From assembly GCF_004010195.1 (NCBI RefSeq), contig NC_057712.1, forward strand, positions 35,968,446 to 36,032,445: a DNA stretch of 64,000 nucleotides, written 5' to 3'. Below, piece by piece: positions 21,636-35,203 of this stretch (position 1 is its first letter; every line of letters begins with the position of its first letter). This DNA is from Chiloscyllium plagiosum. Its lineage: Eukaryota. Both the position numbers and the translations under genes were made by a program. The notes under the pieces are model-generated. The model searched no databases, was not told where the DNA came from, and was given only the letters and a program-made list of their open reading frames with translations.

Positions 21636-23164
21636 CCATGCCATTTCTTATTAAGCAGTGTAACTGGAGGATGAGTCTGAAGTTTAAATTCAGAAGGAAC
21701 AAGACAGGTTAGCAGACAATGAAGGTAATTTTCCCATTCTGCAAGAAATAGTCACTGTCATTTTTTTATCATTCTCTCTCAGGAATAGTCTGTCCTCTAG
21801 CAATGGTCTTGATCCCTGTGTCCTCCTCCCCTAGTCTATGTGACTGAATGCATGAATAGCAGCAGGTACACATGTGCACTGACATGCACGGCCTGTGAAA
21901 ACTCACTGACCAGCTCCCAGTCACTGCCTGAGAAACACGACAAACAGCATAGCTGAGGAAGCGGGACAGAGAGAACGAAGGGACCATCCTGTGAAAGATG
22001 TGAGGATTGGTTTCCTGGAGCTGTGTGAGCTCACCAGTTCCTGCAGCTCGGTTGGCGCTGGACATCCTCTCCTGCCTGCTCAGGGTCAGGGCCAAACAAC
22101 GCCTGGTTTAGGGCAGGTCCTGGGTTTGAATCTTTCTCCAGTCAGCTCTCGGGAGGATCAGCACTGTGTGGCTACAGCTCAACAAACCCAGGTGCTCTGG
22201 GGCTAGAGATTTGCTCATCAGTCGGATGGAAATGTTCCCACACAGCTCAGACACAGCTGGACCCAGGTCTCCTGGCTCAGACATACAGATAGTAAACACC
22301 CTCTCACCTGATGAGTGGAGAGGCTGGTTCGGGCTGAGAAATTGCATCTCTCATCATCAATTCACTACAGAAGAAAGATCCAGTAAAAGGTGTGAATGTG
22401 TCACACTGGCCCCATTCATCTTATATGCTCCATATTTGAGGACTGGTGTAAGCGGTCCCCAGTATTAACCTTTTACTGCTTTGCCTTGTCTGGGTGGGTT
22501 AATGTTGGACGGGAGATGGGTCAACTATCTCCTGCCTCAGAAGTGAAAGTACACCCCCCCCATGCAGGTAAACACATTCACGACCCCTCACTGCACTGTC
22601 CATTGGATTTGGAGAGTGGTGACCAGAATTTAGCAGGTCCCCTCATGTGCTCCTTGATTAAGTTTGAAATTGGGAGGATGGTTCATCCAAGGTAGCAGAA
22701 GCAGATTTAGTTACAGTGCAGATGGAGGACATTCGGCCCACTGTCCCTGCACCAGCTCTTCAAATGAACATCATTACCTCGAGGCAATCTCCTGGTTTTT
22801 AACCCGATATCCTCGGGTTAAACTCAAGTTCCAACCAGTTCCAACCAAATAATCATCTGATGCCTCGATTGAACTTGAATCTAGCTCATGCCCAAGCAGT
22901 GAATTCCATACATGCAGTATGATACCTCACATCACTCTTGCTTTGGTTACACATCACTTTCTATCTCTGCTGTTTTTCTTGTTGCTTTTGCAGACACGCG
23001 CAGCTTCTCCTGATCAACTCTGTCCTGCACACTGAGGATTCTCCTCTCAGCTGTCTTCCTCTCTCCAGGAGGCAGCTTGGAGAGGATCAGGAGCCCAGCG
23101 CCAGCATCCTGTGGAGGTAAACTGTCAGTTAGCAGCAGGAGATTGGGAGCACATGAGATTCGGG

Positions 23165-23960
23165 GTGAGCTTGCCAATTGGATACAGTAGGAGACTGAGA
23201 GTGATGGCGGAGGGTTGTTTTTTGGACTGGAGACCTGTGATCAGCGGTATTCCAGAGATTGGTGCTGGGTCCACTTTTGGTTGTCATTCATATAAACAGT
23301 CTGGATGAGAATAGAGGAGGCACGGTCACTAGATTTTCACATGTCACCAACATTGGTGGTATAGTGGACAGTGAAGAAGGTTACCGTAGATTACAACAGG
23401 ATCTTGATCAATTGGGTCAATGGGCTGAGAAGTGGCAGGTGGAGTTTAATTTGGATAAATGCCAGGCACTGCACTTCGGTAAAACAAACAAGGGCAGGAT
23501 CTATGCAATTAATGGTGGGGCCCTGGGGAGTGTTGTAGCACAGAGAGACCTAGGGGTTCAGATACATAACTCTGAAATTTGCATCACAGGTAGACAGGAT
23601 GGTTAAAAAGGCATTTAGCACACTGGCCTTCATTGCTCAGACCTTTGAGTAAAGAAGTTGGGACGTCATGTTGAGACATTAGTGAGGCCTCTCCTGGATT
23701 ATTGTGTCCAGTTCTGGTTGCCCAGTTATAGGAAGGATATTATTAAACTGGAGAGGGTTCAGAAACGATTTACCAGGATGTTGCCAGGACTGGAGGGTTT
23801 GAGTTATAAAAATCGCCTGAATTGGCTGGGATGTTTTCCACTGGAATAGAGGAGGTTGAGGGGTTGAAGATTATAAAATCATGAGGGGAGTGGATAAGGT
23901 GAATGACACGGTTTTTTTTCCCCTAGGGTGGGGGGATTTCAAAACCAAAGGGCATCTTTT
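23165..23960 (+). mobile_element. CR1/HER1-like LINE fragment running into the gap
   Basis: RT C-terminal motifs (WAEKWQVEFN, RPLLDYCVQFW). Confidence 0.92.
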
Positions 23961-24460
23961 NNNNNNNNNNNNNNNNNNNNNNNNNNNNNNNNNNNNNNNN
24001 NNNNNNNNNNNNNNNNNNNNNNNNNNNNNNNNNNNNNNNNNNNNNNNNNNNNNNNNNNNNNNNNNNNNNNNNNNNNNNNNNNNNNNNNNNNNNNNNNNNN
24101 NNNNNNNNNNNNNNNNNNNNNNNNNNNNNNNNNNNNNNNNNNNNNNNNNNNNNNNNNNNNNNNNNNNNNNNNNNNNNNNNNNNNNNNNNNNNNNNNNNNN
24201 NNNNNNNNNNNNNNNNNNNNNNNNNNNNNNNNNNNNNNNNNNNNNNNNNNNNNNNNNNNNNNNNNNNNNNNNNNNNNNNNNNNNNNNNNNNNNNNNNNNN
24301 NNNNNNNNNNNNNNNNNNNNNNNNNNNNNNNNNNNNNNNNNNNNNNNNNNNNNNNNNNNNNNNNNNNNNNNNNNNNNNNNNNNNNNNNNNNNNNNNNNNN
24401 NNNNNNNNNNNNNNNNNNNNNNNNNNNNNNNNNNNNNNNNNNNNNNNNNNNNNNNNNNNN
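23961..24460. other. Assembly gap (500 N)
   Basis: Run of n; the round length suggests a scaffolding placeholder. Confidence 0.99.
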
Positions 24461-25459
24461 TTTAACAAACAGCAGAAATCAAAGAAAGCCAAAAGAAAAA
24501 TGTCCAGATTGTAAAGTAAATGTTTTACCTCAGGAAAATGTTTTGAAGATGGTAACACAATAAAAGTGATCAAAATTGAGAGAGGTGTTGATGAAGTAAC
24601 TAGAGAGGGGTAATTTCCACTGAGCCAATAATCCAAGAACATCAATTTACGATCATAACCATGAAAATGAAAGGTCCGGTTAGGGGAAGTTTCTATGCAG
24701 AGGATAATCAAAACATGGAAAATCCTGCCAGAAATAGTAATGGACGTAATGCTTTGACAGATTTCTTAAACATAGAACTCACTACAAGTGATTAGCCTTG
24801 CTTTCGTCAAGGGATAACAGGTGACCACTACATTGAACAAAACTTAACTCTTTCTGTTCAAAATAATGCCGGAGAATCTTTTCCATCGATCTGAGAAGAT
24901 GGGCAAGTCTTGATTGAATGTTGGACATGAACGATGATATTCTCAATTGGTACTGTACTGGGGGTGTCAGCCTGGATTGTGCGCTTCAGTCGCACATCCT
25001 CACTGGGTTCCAATATAGTCTTGTAATATTCCTAACTATATTGAATGTAAACTGTTGTTCTGGCATCATACCTCATTTCATTTTCAATTATTGATGGACG
25101 TTCTAGCTCAAACCAGGAACTGAATGTGCTCAATGTGCATTAAACTTATGTTTTTTTTAATGCAAACTGTTCTTCTAATGGTATCTTAGCAATCTTCTAT
25201 GTGTTGTTAGATATATTTTCTCACTTCTCTGATGCTGCAAGCTCAATATTGAGAATAGATTAAAAATAAATTACCTTCTGAAGCTGTTCCTCTGAATAAA
25301 TCCTTGCTGTGGTGAAGTTCCCTCTGACTAAGACACTTAACATTCTGGAGAATTATGATCTCAGGAAATTCTCTGAGCAGTGTGAGCCATTACAGCGAAA
25401 TCAGAAGTTTGCACATTCAAGCCCCACGACAACAGCTGCATCACTGGCACTGGAAAATT

Positions 25460-26480
25460 ATCAAGGTATGACCTGTCCACAAAAGCAGGAGAAATCCAAT
25501 CTTGTCCATCATTGCTCCTTCAGTGATAATCAGCAAAGTGATGGAAGGTGTTATTGGAAGTTATATCAGGAAGCACTAACACAGCAATAACCTCTTCACT
25601 GATGCTTAGTTTAGGTTCTACAAGGACCATTCCTCACTAACCTCACTATAGCCTTGGTCCAAATGTGGTTAACAGAGCCAAACTTCAGAGATGAGGTGTG
25701 AGAGTGTCCTTGATATCAAGGCAACATGTGAATTTGAATTTGAATTTCTGGCAAAACTGGAGTCAGTGGGAATTGAATGAAAAACAATCCAGTATTGGAA
25801 TTAAACCTAGCACAAAGGAGGATCATTGTGATTGTTGGAGGTCATCTCAGTCCCAGAATATCATTGCAGGAGTTTGACAGGGTAGATATTTTCTAATTAA
25901 CCTAATCAGACGTGTTTTTTCACACCTCTAGAGCAGATGAGACTTCTAAAGCCTGTTTACCATTGACAAGACTGATGTCAGGAGTGTGATAGAATACTCT
26001 CCATTTACCTGAATGTGTGCAGCTCCAACAATACTGACATCATCCATGACAAATCAGTGACTAGACTGGTGTCCTATTAACTACCTTCAATGTTCACTTC
26101 CTCCAACACTGACATACAATGGCAGCAGTGTGTACAATCTACAAGGTGCACTGCAGGATCACTCCGAGACTTTTGACTGCACCTCCCGATTCTGAAACCT
26201 CTGCCACAAAAACAACAGATATATTGGAACACAACCACTTGAAAATTTCCCTCCAAATCTCACACCATCTTGACTAGGAATTATATTGCTATTCCTTCAG
26301 TGTTGCGAGCTAAAAATCCTGCAACTTCCTTATTAACAGTACTGGAAGTGAATCTACACTGCAAGGCCCAAAGCAATTTCAAAAGGCGGCTTAGCACCAT
26401 CTTCTCAAAGGCAGTTAGGAATGGACATTAAATGCTGGTCAAGATGACGACATCCACATTTTGTGGAAGAATTTTTAAAA
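25460..26480 (+). mobile_element. Decayed LINE (second family) RT to 3' end
   Basis: SIIAPSVIISKVMEG region; same family as 7700-8285 and 19270-20035. Confidence 0.75.
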
Positions 26481-26539
26481 ACCTGTTTGAGCACATGATC
26501 CAGGCTGAAACTCTCAGTACAGTCCAGGTGAGAACTTAC

Positions 26540-27480
26540 GACCATAAGTCATAGGAGCAGAAACTAAGCCAATCAGCCCATTAAGTCTGCTTTACCGTTC
26601 AATCATGGCTGATAGGTTTTTCAATCCCATTTTCCTACTTTCTTCCAGTAACCTTTGATCCCCTTGGCAATCTATCTCTATTTTAAAGATACTCGATGAC
26701 CCGGCCTCCACCGATTTACTACTCTCTGGCTGAAGAAGTTTCTCCTTATCTCCATTCTAAAAAGTCTTCCCTTTACTCTTAATCTGTGCCGTTCTGTCCT
26801 TGTCTCTCCAGCCAATGGAAACATCTTCCCAATGTCTAGTGTGTCCAGGCCATTCAGTACTCTGTGAGTTTCGATCAAATCCTCCCCTCATCCTTCTGAA
26901 CTCCCATCGAGTTTTAACCCAGAGTCCTCGATTGTTCCTCATATGTTAAGCGTTTCATTCCTGGGATCATTCTCTGAATGTGGTCTGACCAGAACCTTAG
27001 AGCCTCAGAAGTACATCTCTGCTTTTAAATACTAGTCGTCTCAAGATGAATGGCAACATTGTATTTGCCTTCCTAACTACCCATTCAACCTGCAAGTTTA
27101 CCTTAAAAGAAACCTGGATGAGGACTCCCAAGTCCCTTTGCACTTTCGATTTCTCAATTTTCTCCCCATTTAGAAAATAGCTCATGCCTCTATTCTTCCT
27201 CCCAAAGTGCATGACCTCACACTTTCTCACATTGTATTTCATCTGCCACTTCTTTGCCCACTCTCCTAATCTGTCTAAATCTTTTAGCAGCCTCCCCACC
27301 TCCTCAATGCTATCTGCCCCTCCACCTATCTTTGTATCCTCTGCAAACTTAGTCAGAATGACCTCAGTTCCTTCATCCAGATCATTAATGTACAAAGTGA
27401 AAAGTTGTGGTCCCAATGTGGAACATCACTAGTCACCGGATTGCATCCTGAGAGGGACCCTTTTATTCCCACTCTCTCCC
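26540..27480 (-). mobile_element. CR1-like LINE 3' fragment
   Basis: GPQLFTLYINDLD...KFAEDTKIGG (ORF 26997..27416). Confidence 0.92.
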
Positions 27481-29472
27481 TGCAGGGTTGCAGGAAAACA
27501 GCATTCAGTGACATTTTTGTTCTGAGAGCTGCTGCAGAGATGATGGTTCAAATGGCCTCTACTGTGCTGTACCGAACCTGCGATTATTTTGTGACTATGT
27601 TGGGAATTTTATTGCTATCTGTTTCCTTTCCTACATGATAACAATAGCAATGCTTCAAAACAAAGGTACTTCTTAGGCTTTGGCTTTAAAGATCTTTGAG
27701 ATGTCTCAAACATCATGAAACAAACCATCTTGTACAAGAGATCAGTACAGTTTAGAGTAGAAATCTAGCTACTATCCAAAGATGAGGAATGGAGAAATAT
27801 TAATAAGGTCCTTGTAAGGTAATAATAAATCTCATTCAAAATCAGTTGAAGCTTAGGCTGCCCACCAGCCCACTTAGTTTCAGTGAGTATTCAAGGCAAC
27901 CATGAATAAACGGTGTTTAACACAAGGTAAGTTTTGCAGTAAAATAATTAATTGTGTACTCAAAGCCTCCTTCAATCTATTTACATCCTTAAATAAGAAA
28001 ATCAAGACTGCGCACAGTAAACATCATTAGAATGGATTATCTGGTCATTTGTCTTGTTTGCAGCATGTGGGATATTACTGTCTGCAATCTGGCCATTGCA
28101 TTTCCTACCTTTACAACAAATGGTGGCATTTCAAATTTGAGATAGCTTGCGGGTATGGTGAGCTGCTGGATAAACCTCTTAGAAAGTTTTACCTAGGCTT
28201 GGAAAAGACTGGATATAATTAACGGCTGGCAACATTAAAACAAAAGCATCAATACGTGAATGTGCGTGCATTGGCCACAAAACTGGGCTATAATGTGGAT
28301 GAATGAGTTAGCTGGCAATGGTGAGCTGCTTTGCACTCCTGAAGTGTACCCACATTCCTGTGCCATGTTCCCAGCCACCTTGCCCTCCCTCCTAGATTTT
28401 CCATATTGCCCTCCCTTGTGCTGTTACAGAACATAGAAAAATTACAGCGCAGTACAGGTCCTTTGGCCCTCGATGTTGCGCCGATCCAAGCCCACCTAAC
28501 CTACACTAGCCCACTATCCTCCATATGCCTATCTAATGCCCGTTTAAATGCCCATAAAGAGGGAGAGTCTTCAACTACCAATTAGGGTTTCTCCAAATCC
28601 ATCTTCTGCTTCTGCGCTTGTCATATTATCGCCCCTTCTCACTTGTCATTCAATCTTTCCTGTCCTCCACCCTATCATAGACCTTCTCTTTTGTTATTTC
28701 CATCCCCTCCCCCCTCTTTCACTCTTTTCGCCTTTGGTCAAAAGCTGTCAAATATCTGACATCATCTTGTTCTGACGAAAGATAACCAAACTGAAATATG
28801 AACTCCCTTTCTGTCACAGCACAGACCTGATGAGTATTTCCTATGCCTTTCAGATTTTCAGCATTTATAGAATTTACATTTGTCAGGTATTATCCTTGCT
28901 TTGTTTAATCCCCAAATTCTGGGTTATCACTTGTACATAAAGGAGTGGGTCTCTCCTATCGAAAGTAACCTTGCAAAGGCTGCATATGAGAGCTGAAAAC
29001 TTGGTGATCAGAGTATAGTGCAGGGTAACTGGTTGTAAAACATAAATGCAATTGTAGACTTGTTGGAAAATGACCTATCTCTGTGTTTAAATATTCAGTG
29101 TGGTTGACAAGGGTGCCCTCTCGTGTAGAGATTGTAAGACAATTTTCCCATTCTAATCCAGTCTGTCAACTTCATGTTTCTGTGAAATGTTAGGCTTTAT
29201 CATGTTTGAATGTAAAACACACTGATGTTAGAAATTCTAAAGCAGATGCTCCATTAGTGTAATGTGATTAGACTAACATGATGCAGGTTGTACGATCAGT
29301 AAGCCATTACACTTGCCAACCAGTTTTGTCCATGTTGTGTTAAGTAGAGGAGATTAACCAAGGTCATGATTGATGCCAGGCTTTGAGTCAGGATAATACT
29401 GTTAACCTTTGTTTGACATTGATTTGTCTTTTGATTTGAAGCATGATTTCATTTTTTTTTGTTCCTTTCCAG

Positions 29473-29583
29473 TTGTTACTGGTCACAAACGACAAAAAGA
29501 TGCTCAGGGAGGAAGTTCAACCAAGAAGCAAAAACGCAGTCACAAACGTTCAGGGATTAACAATAAAAAGAAAAGCCGGACTG
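29473..29583 (+). CDS. ARID4B: ARID4B internal coding exon (fourth from last)
   Basis: cctttccag| VTGHKRQKDAQGGSSTKKQKRSHKRSGINNKKKSRT |gtgagg; 111 bp, phase 1-1; resembles the ARID4B KDAQGG..SKKQKRSHK segment. Confidence 0.92.
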
Positions 29584-30274
29584 GTGAGGACCCTTAATGC
29601 TGCTCATATTCAGCATTTTCTGTGGTCTTGTATGTTTGTAGGGGGATGATGTGTGTTTTTTCCTATTGACTGTGAACACTCGTAGCCCAAGCGGAAAACT
29701 GCTCTCCGGTAACTGAAAGAAGTGTCAAAACAGCTCAGAGTCATTCTTCCAACTGATTCCCTTCTCTTCTTTTCCCCATCTTTCCCCCTCTTCCTTTCAA
29801 ACTGAAATCCCATTTGTTGGTCTCAATGAGAGAACGATTGACACAAACAGTTGTTCCGCTGGTGAGTCTCAAAGCTCTGGAATTCACTCCTTAAGCTTCT
29901 CTCTTCGTTACTTCCATCTCCTTTAAGATACTCTCCTGGAACCGTTCTTGTAATTTTTTCTGCAATTTCAATTTCTTTACATCCTTCCTAAATTGTGGTG
30001 CTCGGAATTGGGCACAGTTCTCCAACTGATACCTAACCATTGCTTACCTGACTACTTTATAATTGTCTTGCTTTGGAGCTCTGTCTCCATCTTTATCTAT
30101 ATAGCCAAGAATCCCTGTTCTTTTTTAACCACTTTCACAATCTACCCTACCACCTCCCCAGGTCCCTCTCCTCCCAGCTCCCTTTCAAACTATATCCTTT
30201 ACATTTGCATTGATTCATTACCCACCAAAATGCCTCCTCTCAAATATCTTTGTAACAAATTTCATCAACCACCA

Positions 30275-30465
30275 ATGTAAGTTTGCTCACTGAGCTAAAA
30301 GTCTTGTTTTCAGATGTTTTGTCACCAGACTAGGTAACTTCACCGGAGGCTCACTGATGATGTTAACCTAGCATGGTGACGAAACATCTGAAATCTAATC
30401 TTTCAGTTCAGCAAGCAAATTTACATCCAGAACCTCAATCTGAGCTATAAATCATCTCAACTCGC
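30275..30465. mobile_element. Palindromic mini-element (second family) with hammerhead-like core
   Basis: Inverted arms over 30275-30426; ctgatga(30354)-tgttaacc-tagcat-ggtgac-gaaa-catc; flanked by catcaac direct repeat. Confidence 0.65.
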
Positions 30466-31435
30466 TTCATCAACTACATCTCTGCACATTCCATCAATTT
30501 GCTTGTCCTTTTGAAGTCTATATTCTCTCTTCCTCTCATTTTACTATACTTTCCATGTATCAACGGGATAATTTAATTGGAGTTGGAGTGAGGCTAATTG
30601 ACCTTTGCAATATGAATGTTTGTGCCTATCTGTTTATTGTCTTTTATGTTACCAGAATCAAACAGGACAAATGGATGACATTTTGCCCACTGTGCCTGTG
30701 CTGGTCATTTTATCCAGCTATCCAATTAGCCCCAGTACCCTTGTTCTTTGCCCAGAGCTCGTTCATTTCCTTGAATTTTTTTTAGATGATTTTGTCGCCT
30801 AGCCAGTTCCATAAGATATCTGTGTTGGAGAATACACATTAACTCACCCACCCTACTTTGGTTCCCCTGGGTCTTGGCTCTCAGGTGTATCCCAATGAGA
30901 CATGCAGCCTCAAGAACATGCTATGCCTTTAATGGAGTGCATCAATGACTATGCAAATATAGACAATAGCAATCAGGTGCGAAAACTCCTTCCATTGCAT
31001 TCCATGAGTGTTCTGCTTATGCTTCATCCAGAATCACCACCAGCAAAACTGCCATTGCTTTCCATTCTCTGGGACAGCTGAGAAGATATGTCCGAAGGCT
31101 ACCTGAGTCAGAACAGGAATAGAACCCATGCTGTTGCCATTAGCCCTCTTGCTAACTGAGCTAATGGCTTTAAAGGGAAATCTATCTTCTTTGAATTATT
31201 TTCTCCTTTGCCCCAACCGTCAATGTTGAGACCAGTGATGACATTAGCCTACCACTTTCTCCGTTTAGAGGTGCTAACTCAACCTGGACACAAGATCAAA
31301 CAAGGTGCCGCAGCCATCACTGGGCACTAAAAAGAGGGATTTGCTCCATTGTGACTTTTGATTTTGTACCTTGATTCATCTGCCACTTGCATGTCTGACT
31401 TTCTGTCTTTAGTAGGTTTAAGACTTGATGACGTT

Positions 31436-31772
31436 ATTAGATTAGATTAGATTTGATTTGATTTGATTTTTTTTAGATTACATTACAGTGTGGAAACAGG
31501 CCCTTCGGCCCAACAAGTCCACACCGACCCGCCGAAGCGAAACCCACCCATACCCCTACATTTACCCCTTACCTAACACTACGGGCAATTTAGTATGGCC
31601 AATTCACCTGACGTGCACATCTTTGGACTGTGGGAGGAAACCGGAGCACCCGGAGGAAACCCACGCAGACACAGGGAGAATGTGCAAACTCCACACAGTC
31701 AGTGCCCTGAGGCGGGTATTGAACCCAGGTCTCAGGCGCTGTGAGGCAGCAGTGCTAACCACTGTGCCACCG
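31436..31772 (-). mobile_element. HE1-like SINE (young)
   Basis: Near-identical to the copy at 53706-54008; (aatct/aaatc)n tail. Confidence 0.95.
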
Positions 31773-31789
31773 TTATCTAACCCAAAATC

Positions 31790-32105
31790 CAAGTGTAGAA
31801 CTGTGAAGGTGCTGCACTCTTGGAGGTGCTGTCTTTCAGACAAAGTGTTAAATAGAGGTCCTCACCTTACCCAGGTGAATGTAAATAACTCCACAGCTAC
31901 TGCTCAAGGAAGAGCAAAGCTGTTCCTGTAGTGCCTGGCCAATATTTATCCATCAATCAACATCACTCTTTAAAAATAAAATTGTTATTATCACTCTGGA
32001 TAAAAATCAGCTGCAGTGTTCCCTTGATTAATTAAACTTCAAAAATATTTCATTGGCTGGAAAGTACTTTGCAATTTCCCAAAGTCTTAAAATGCAAGTC
32101 TTTCT
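31790..32105 (+). mobile_element. Deu-domain SINE abutting an ARID4B splice acceptor
   Basis: Deu core 'gtgctgcactcttggaggtgctgtctttcaga', 'cctggccaatatttatccatcaatcaacatcact', tail 'ttcattggctg...aaatgcaagtctttct'. Confidence 0.75.
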
Positions 32106-32119
32106 TGCTTTCTATACAG

Positions 32120-32347
32120 CAAACAGCAGCGATAGTGAAGAGATGTCTGCAGGTGAAAATCCAGCTAAATCGGTCCAAGTGAAGAAGAGTTCCTCTATGG
32201 TACCAACAGGCTTGAACTCTCTGCCAGGGAGCACATCTACTGTCAAAGTACTGAGTCCTGGAAAGTCTCCTAGGAATGGAGAGAAAGAGTCTGCACAGGA
32301 GCATAGCAGCAGGTCATCCAGAGCCTATAAATGGAGTATACAGATGG
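32120..32347 (+). CDS. ARID4B: ARID4B internal coding exon
   Basis: tctatacag| NSSDSEEMSAGE...SPGK...AYKWSIQM |gtgagt; 228 bp, phase 1-1; matches ARID4B NSSDSEELSAGE...YKWSFQM. Confidence 0.95.
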
Positions 32348-32749
32348 GTGAGTCTGAGTCCATGTAAAAGGTTTTTGGTTGTATCATAAAGTGGGAAGTC
32401 CACGTGCATTTCTCAGAGCTGAGAACTTTTGACCCTTCTCTCCCTTCCTAAGACATCAATAGTCATCAGACCTACTGTTATAGGCACTTGCAGTTTGGTG
32501 CCGGAAGGGATGCATATTATTGTTTCATATGGAAGCTCTGAGTGTGTACTCATCTCACTCTGTCCAGCCCCCAGAGCAGACAGTGAAGCTCTGGTCTTCG
32601 CTATGCAGGGGAATGCTTGAGGGAAATAGGAAGACATCGCCCTAGCATCTCACTGGTCCTCATGGCAGTCAGATTGTTAATCAAACTAACTTCCTGTCCA
32701 GACATAGGTGGGTTTTATCTGTCTTAATTAAACTTATTCTGAATAGTTA

Positions 32750-33362
32750 TTCTGAACCTTTATTGGTCGGTGCATTGGTGTAGGAGTTGAGAGGTCATGT
32801 TGTGGCTGTACAGGACATTGGTTAGGCCACTTTTGGTATACTACCTTCAATTCTTGTCTCCCTGCTTTCGGAAGGATATTGTGAAACTTGAAAGGGTTCA
32901 GAAAAGATTTACAAGGATGTTGCCAGGATTGGAAGATTTGAGCTATAGGGAGAGGCTGAACAGGCTGGGGCTGTTTTCCCTGGAGCGTCGGAGGCTGAGG
33001 AGTGACCTTATAGAGGTTTTTAAAATCATGAGGGGCATGGATAGGGTAAATAGACAAGGTCTTTTCCCTGGGGTGAGGGAGTCCAGAACTAGAGGGCCTA
33101 GATTTAAGTTGAGAGAGGAAAGATTTTTTTTCACGTAGAGAGTGGTGTGTGTATAGCATGAGCTGACAGAGGAAGTGGTGGAGGTTGGTACAATTACAGC
33201 CTTTAAAAGGCATCTGGATGATTATATGAATAGGAAGGGTTTCGAGGGATATGGGCCAAATATTGGCAAATGGGACTAGATTAGTTTGGGATATTTGGTT
33301 GGCATGGACAAGTTGGACCGAAGGGTCTGTTTCCATGCTGTATATCTCCATGACTCTGAGTC
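32750..33362 (+). mobile_element. CR1/HER1-like LINE 3' end
   Basis: ORF 32797..33138 motifs and tail. Confidence 0.93.
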
Positions 33363-34062
33363 TCTGATAAATAGATGTTCTGTCTTATTTCTTTGTCTCT
33401 CTAGCTCCCTTGTTCTTCAGATTCCTCTAAGAGATCAGCTCAGATTGAAAGACCCAGGTGTTGATACCACAGCACTGTACTGAGAACTGGGTTTTGAAGC
33501 CCATATTCACTCGGGACAGCCCCTCCAAACAGGGTGCCACTGACCTCAGCAATGGAGCTGGCCTATGAAAGGGCTTCGACTCTTGCAGCAGTGATGATCA
33601 TGGTCCACCCAAACTCATTCTCTTAGCTATTAACATGCATACTGGCCAGCTTTGGCTCCCACTTCAAAAACCTTTCAATTTTAAAATTTTATTTTAAATT
33701 TTTTTTCAGATCCCTCTATGGCCTTACCCCTTACTACCATGTAGACTCTGACAGTCCTCTAACCATCCAAGAGCACTCGTGCTCTTCTGTTTTGACCCTT
33801 TGCATTTTCCAATTTTCATCATTGGCAGAGAAGTCTGCTCCTTAGACCGATCTTCTTCTTTTCTGCTTTTAAGATATCATATTGTTTGTGATAAGCCACC
33901 TACAATGCACTTTGGAATATTTGTACCACATTAAAGGAGCTGTATAAATGTATGTTGTTGTGAGAATTGAAATACATTCTGATTATAGATTGATTGTCAT
34001 AGCTATGGGGAGTGTTAAAGGTGTGCTCCAATTGTCAGTTTTTTTTAAACTCTCCCTTATAG

Positions 34063-34209
34063 CTGATGTTGAAAACATGAGCAGTGTGGAACGCATTGCA
34101 TTCCTTCAAGAGAAGCTGCAGGAAATCAGGCGACATTACCTCTCCTTAAAATCAGAAGTGGCCTCCATTGACAGAAGAAGAAAACGCATGAAAAAGAAGG
34201 ACCGTGATA
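34063..34209 (+). CDS. ARID4B: ARID4B penultimate coding exon (C-terminal coiled coil, R2 region)
   Basis: cccttatag| [48 protein letters not shown] |gtaagt; 147 bp. Confidence 0.97.
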
Positions 34210-35203
34210 GTAAGTTTACAATGTGCACATTTATGTTGGAAGAATTTATGCTGTTACACAGCTGGCTTTTAATTTCAATGATCTGAAAACCTAATTGCTC
34301 CCTCACCTCTTTCTCCTCTTGTAAGATGCTATTTAAAACCTAACTCTTAGACACGAGCAAATTCTTGGTCAGCTATTGTTTCAAGTGACTATGTTAAATG
34401 TTGCTGCATTACATTCCTGTGAAGTACTCTGGGACACTTCAAGTTGAAGACACAATATTGATTCAACTTGTTAATCGATTGATAGAAATGAAAGCACAGC
34501 AGGAAGATATTTAGCCCATTCTGACTGTTAAAAATTAGCTCTTCAAATGAGTTTTAATGGAAGTAATAAAGTGAGGGATAGGAATATAAATACTGGAAGA
34601 TGACCGCATAATTGCCACCAAGAGGAACTAGATCTCTGTTCCTTTTGTTGGTTCCATGCAACAGGCTTCCAGTTATGATTGTTAAAAGGTGGGGAAGAGA
34701 AAATGCACATTTGCTAATCTGTTTTCATAATGATGATGGGTAAGAAATGAATACCACCAGATATTTCACATCCACCCATGAGGACAAAGGGGGTCTGATT
34801 TAACATCTTATCCAAAAATCAGCATCCCAAGCGATCCTTCAGCCTTTCTTGGTGTTGCCTGCTGTCTTAAGTTGATACACAAGATCTCTCAACACTGTTT
34901 GGAAGAAGAGTTGGTGTTCCCTGATCAATATTTACCCTTCTGCCAGCGTCAGTAAAACAGCTTATCTAGCCATGTTCTCACTGATATTAATAGGAGCTTG
35001 CTACATCCAAATTGGCTGCCGTGTTTCTTGTTTTATGGCGATGTTGAGAGAAACTCTTCACTGGCTGTAAGGCACTTTAGGATGCCCAGAGTTCATGAAA
35101 GGCAAGTGTGAGTGCAGCTACTGTCTTTCTAGTTCATCAGCGTGTAACTCTGTTTCAGAAAATTTCCAAATGTCTCATGCTATCTCTGTCCTCTCCTCCA
35201 CAG

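Noticed and set aside
23881-24711. Long ORFs spanning the N run
   Set aside because: Artefacts of the assembly gap.
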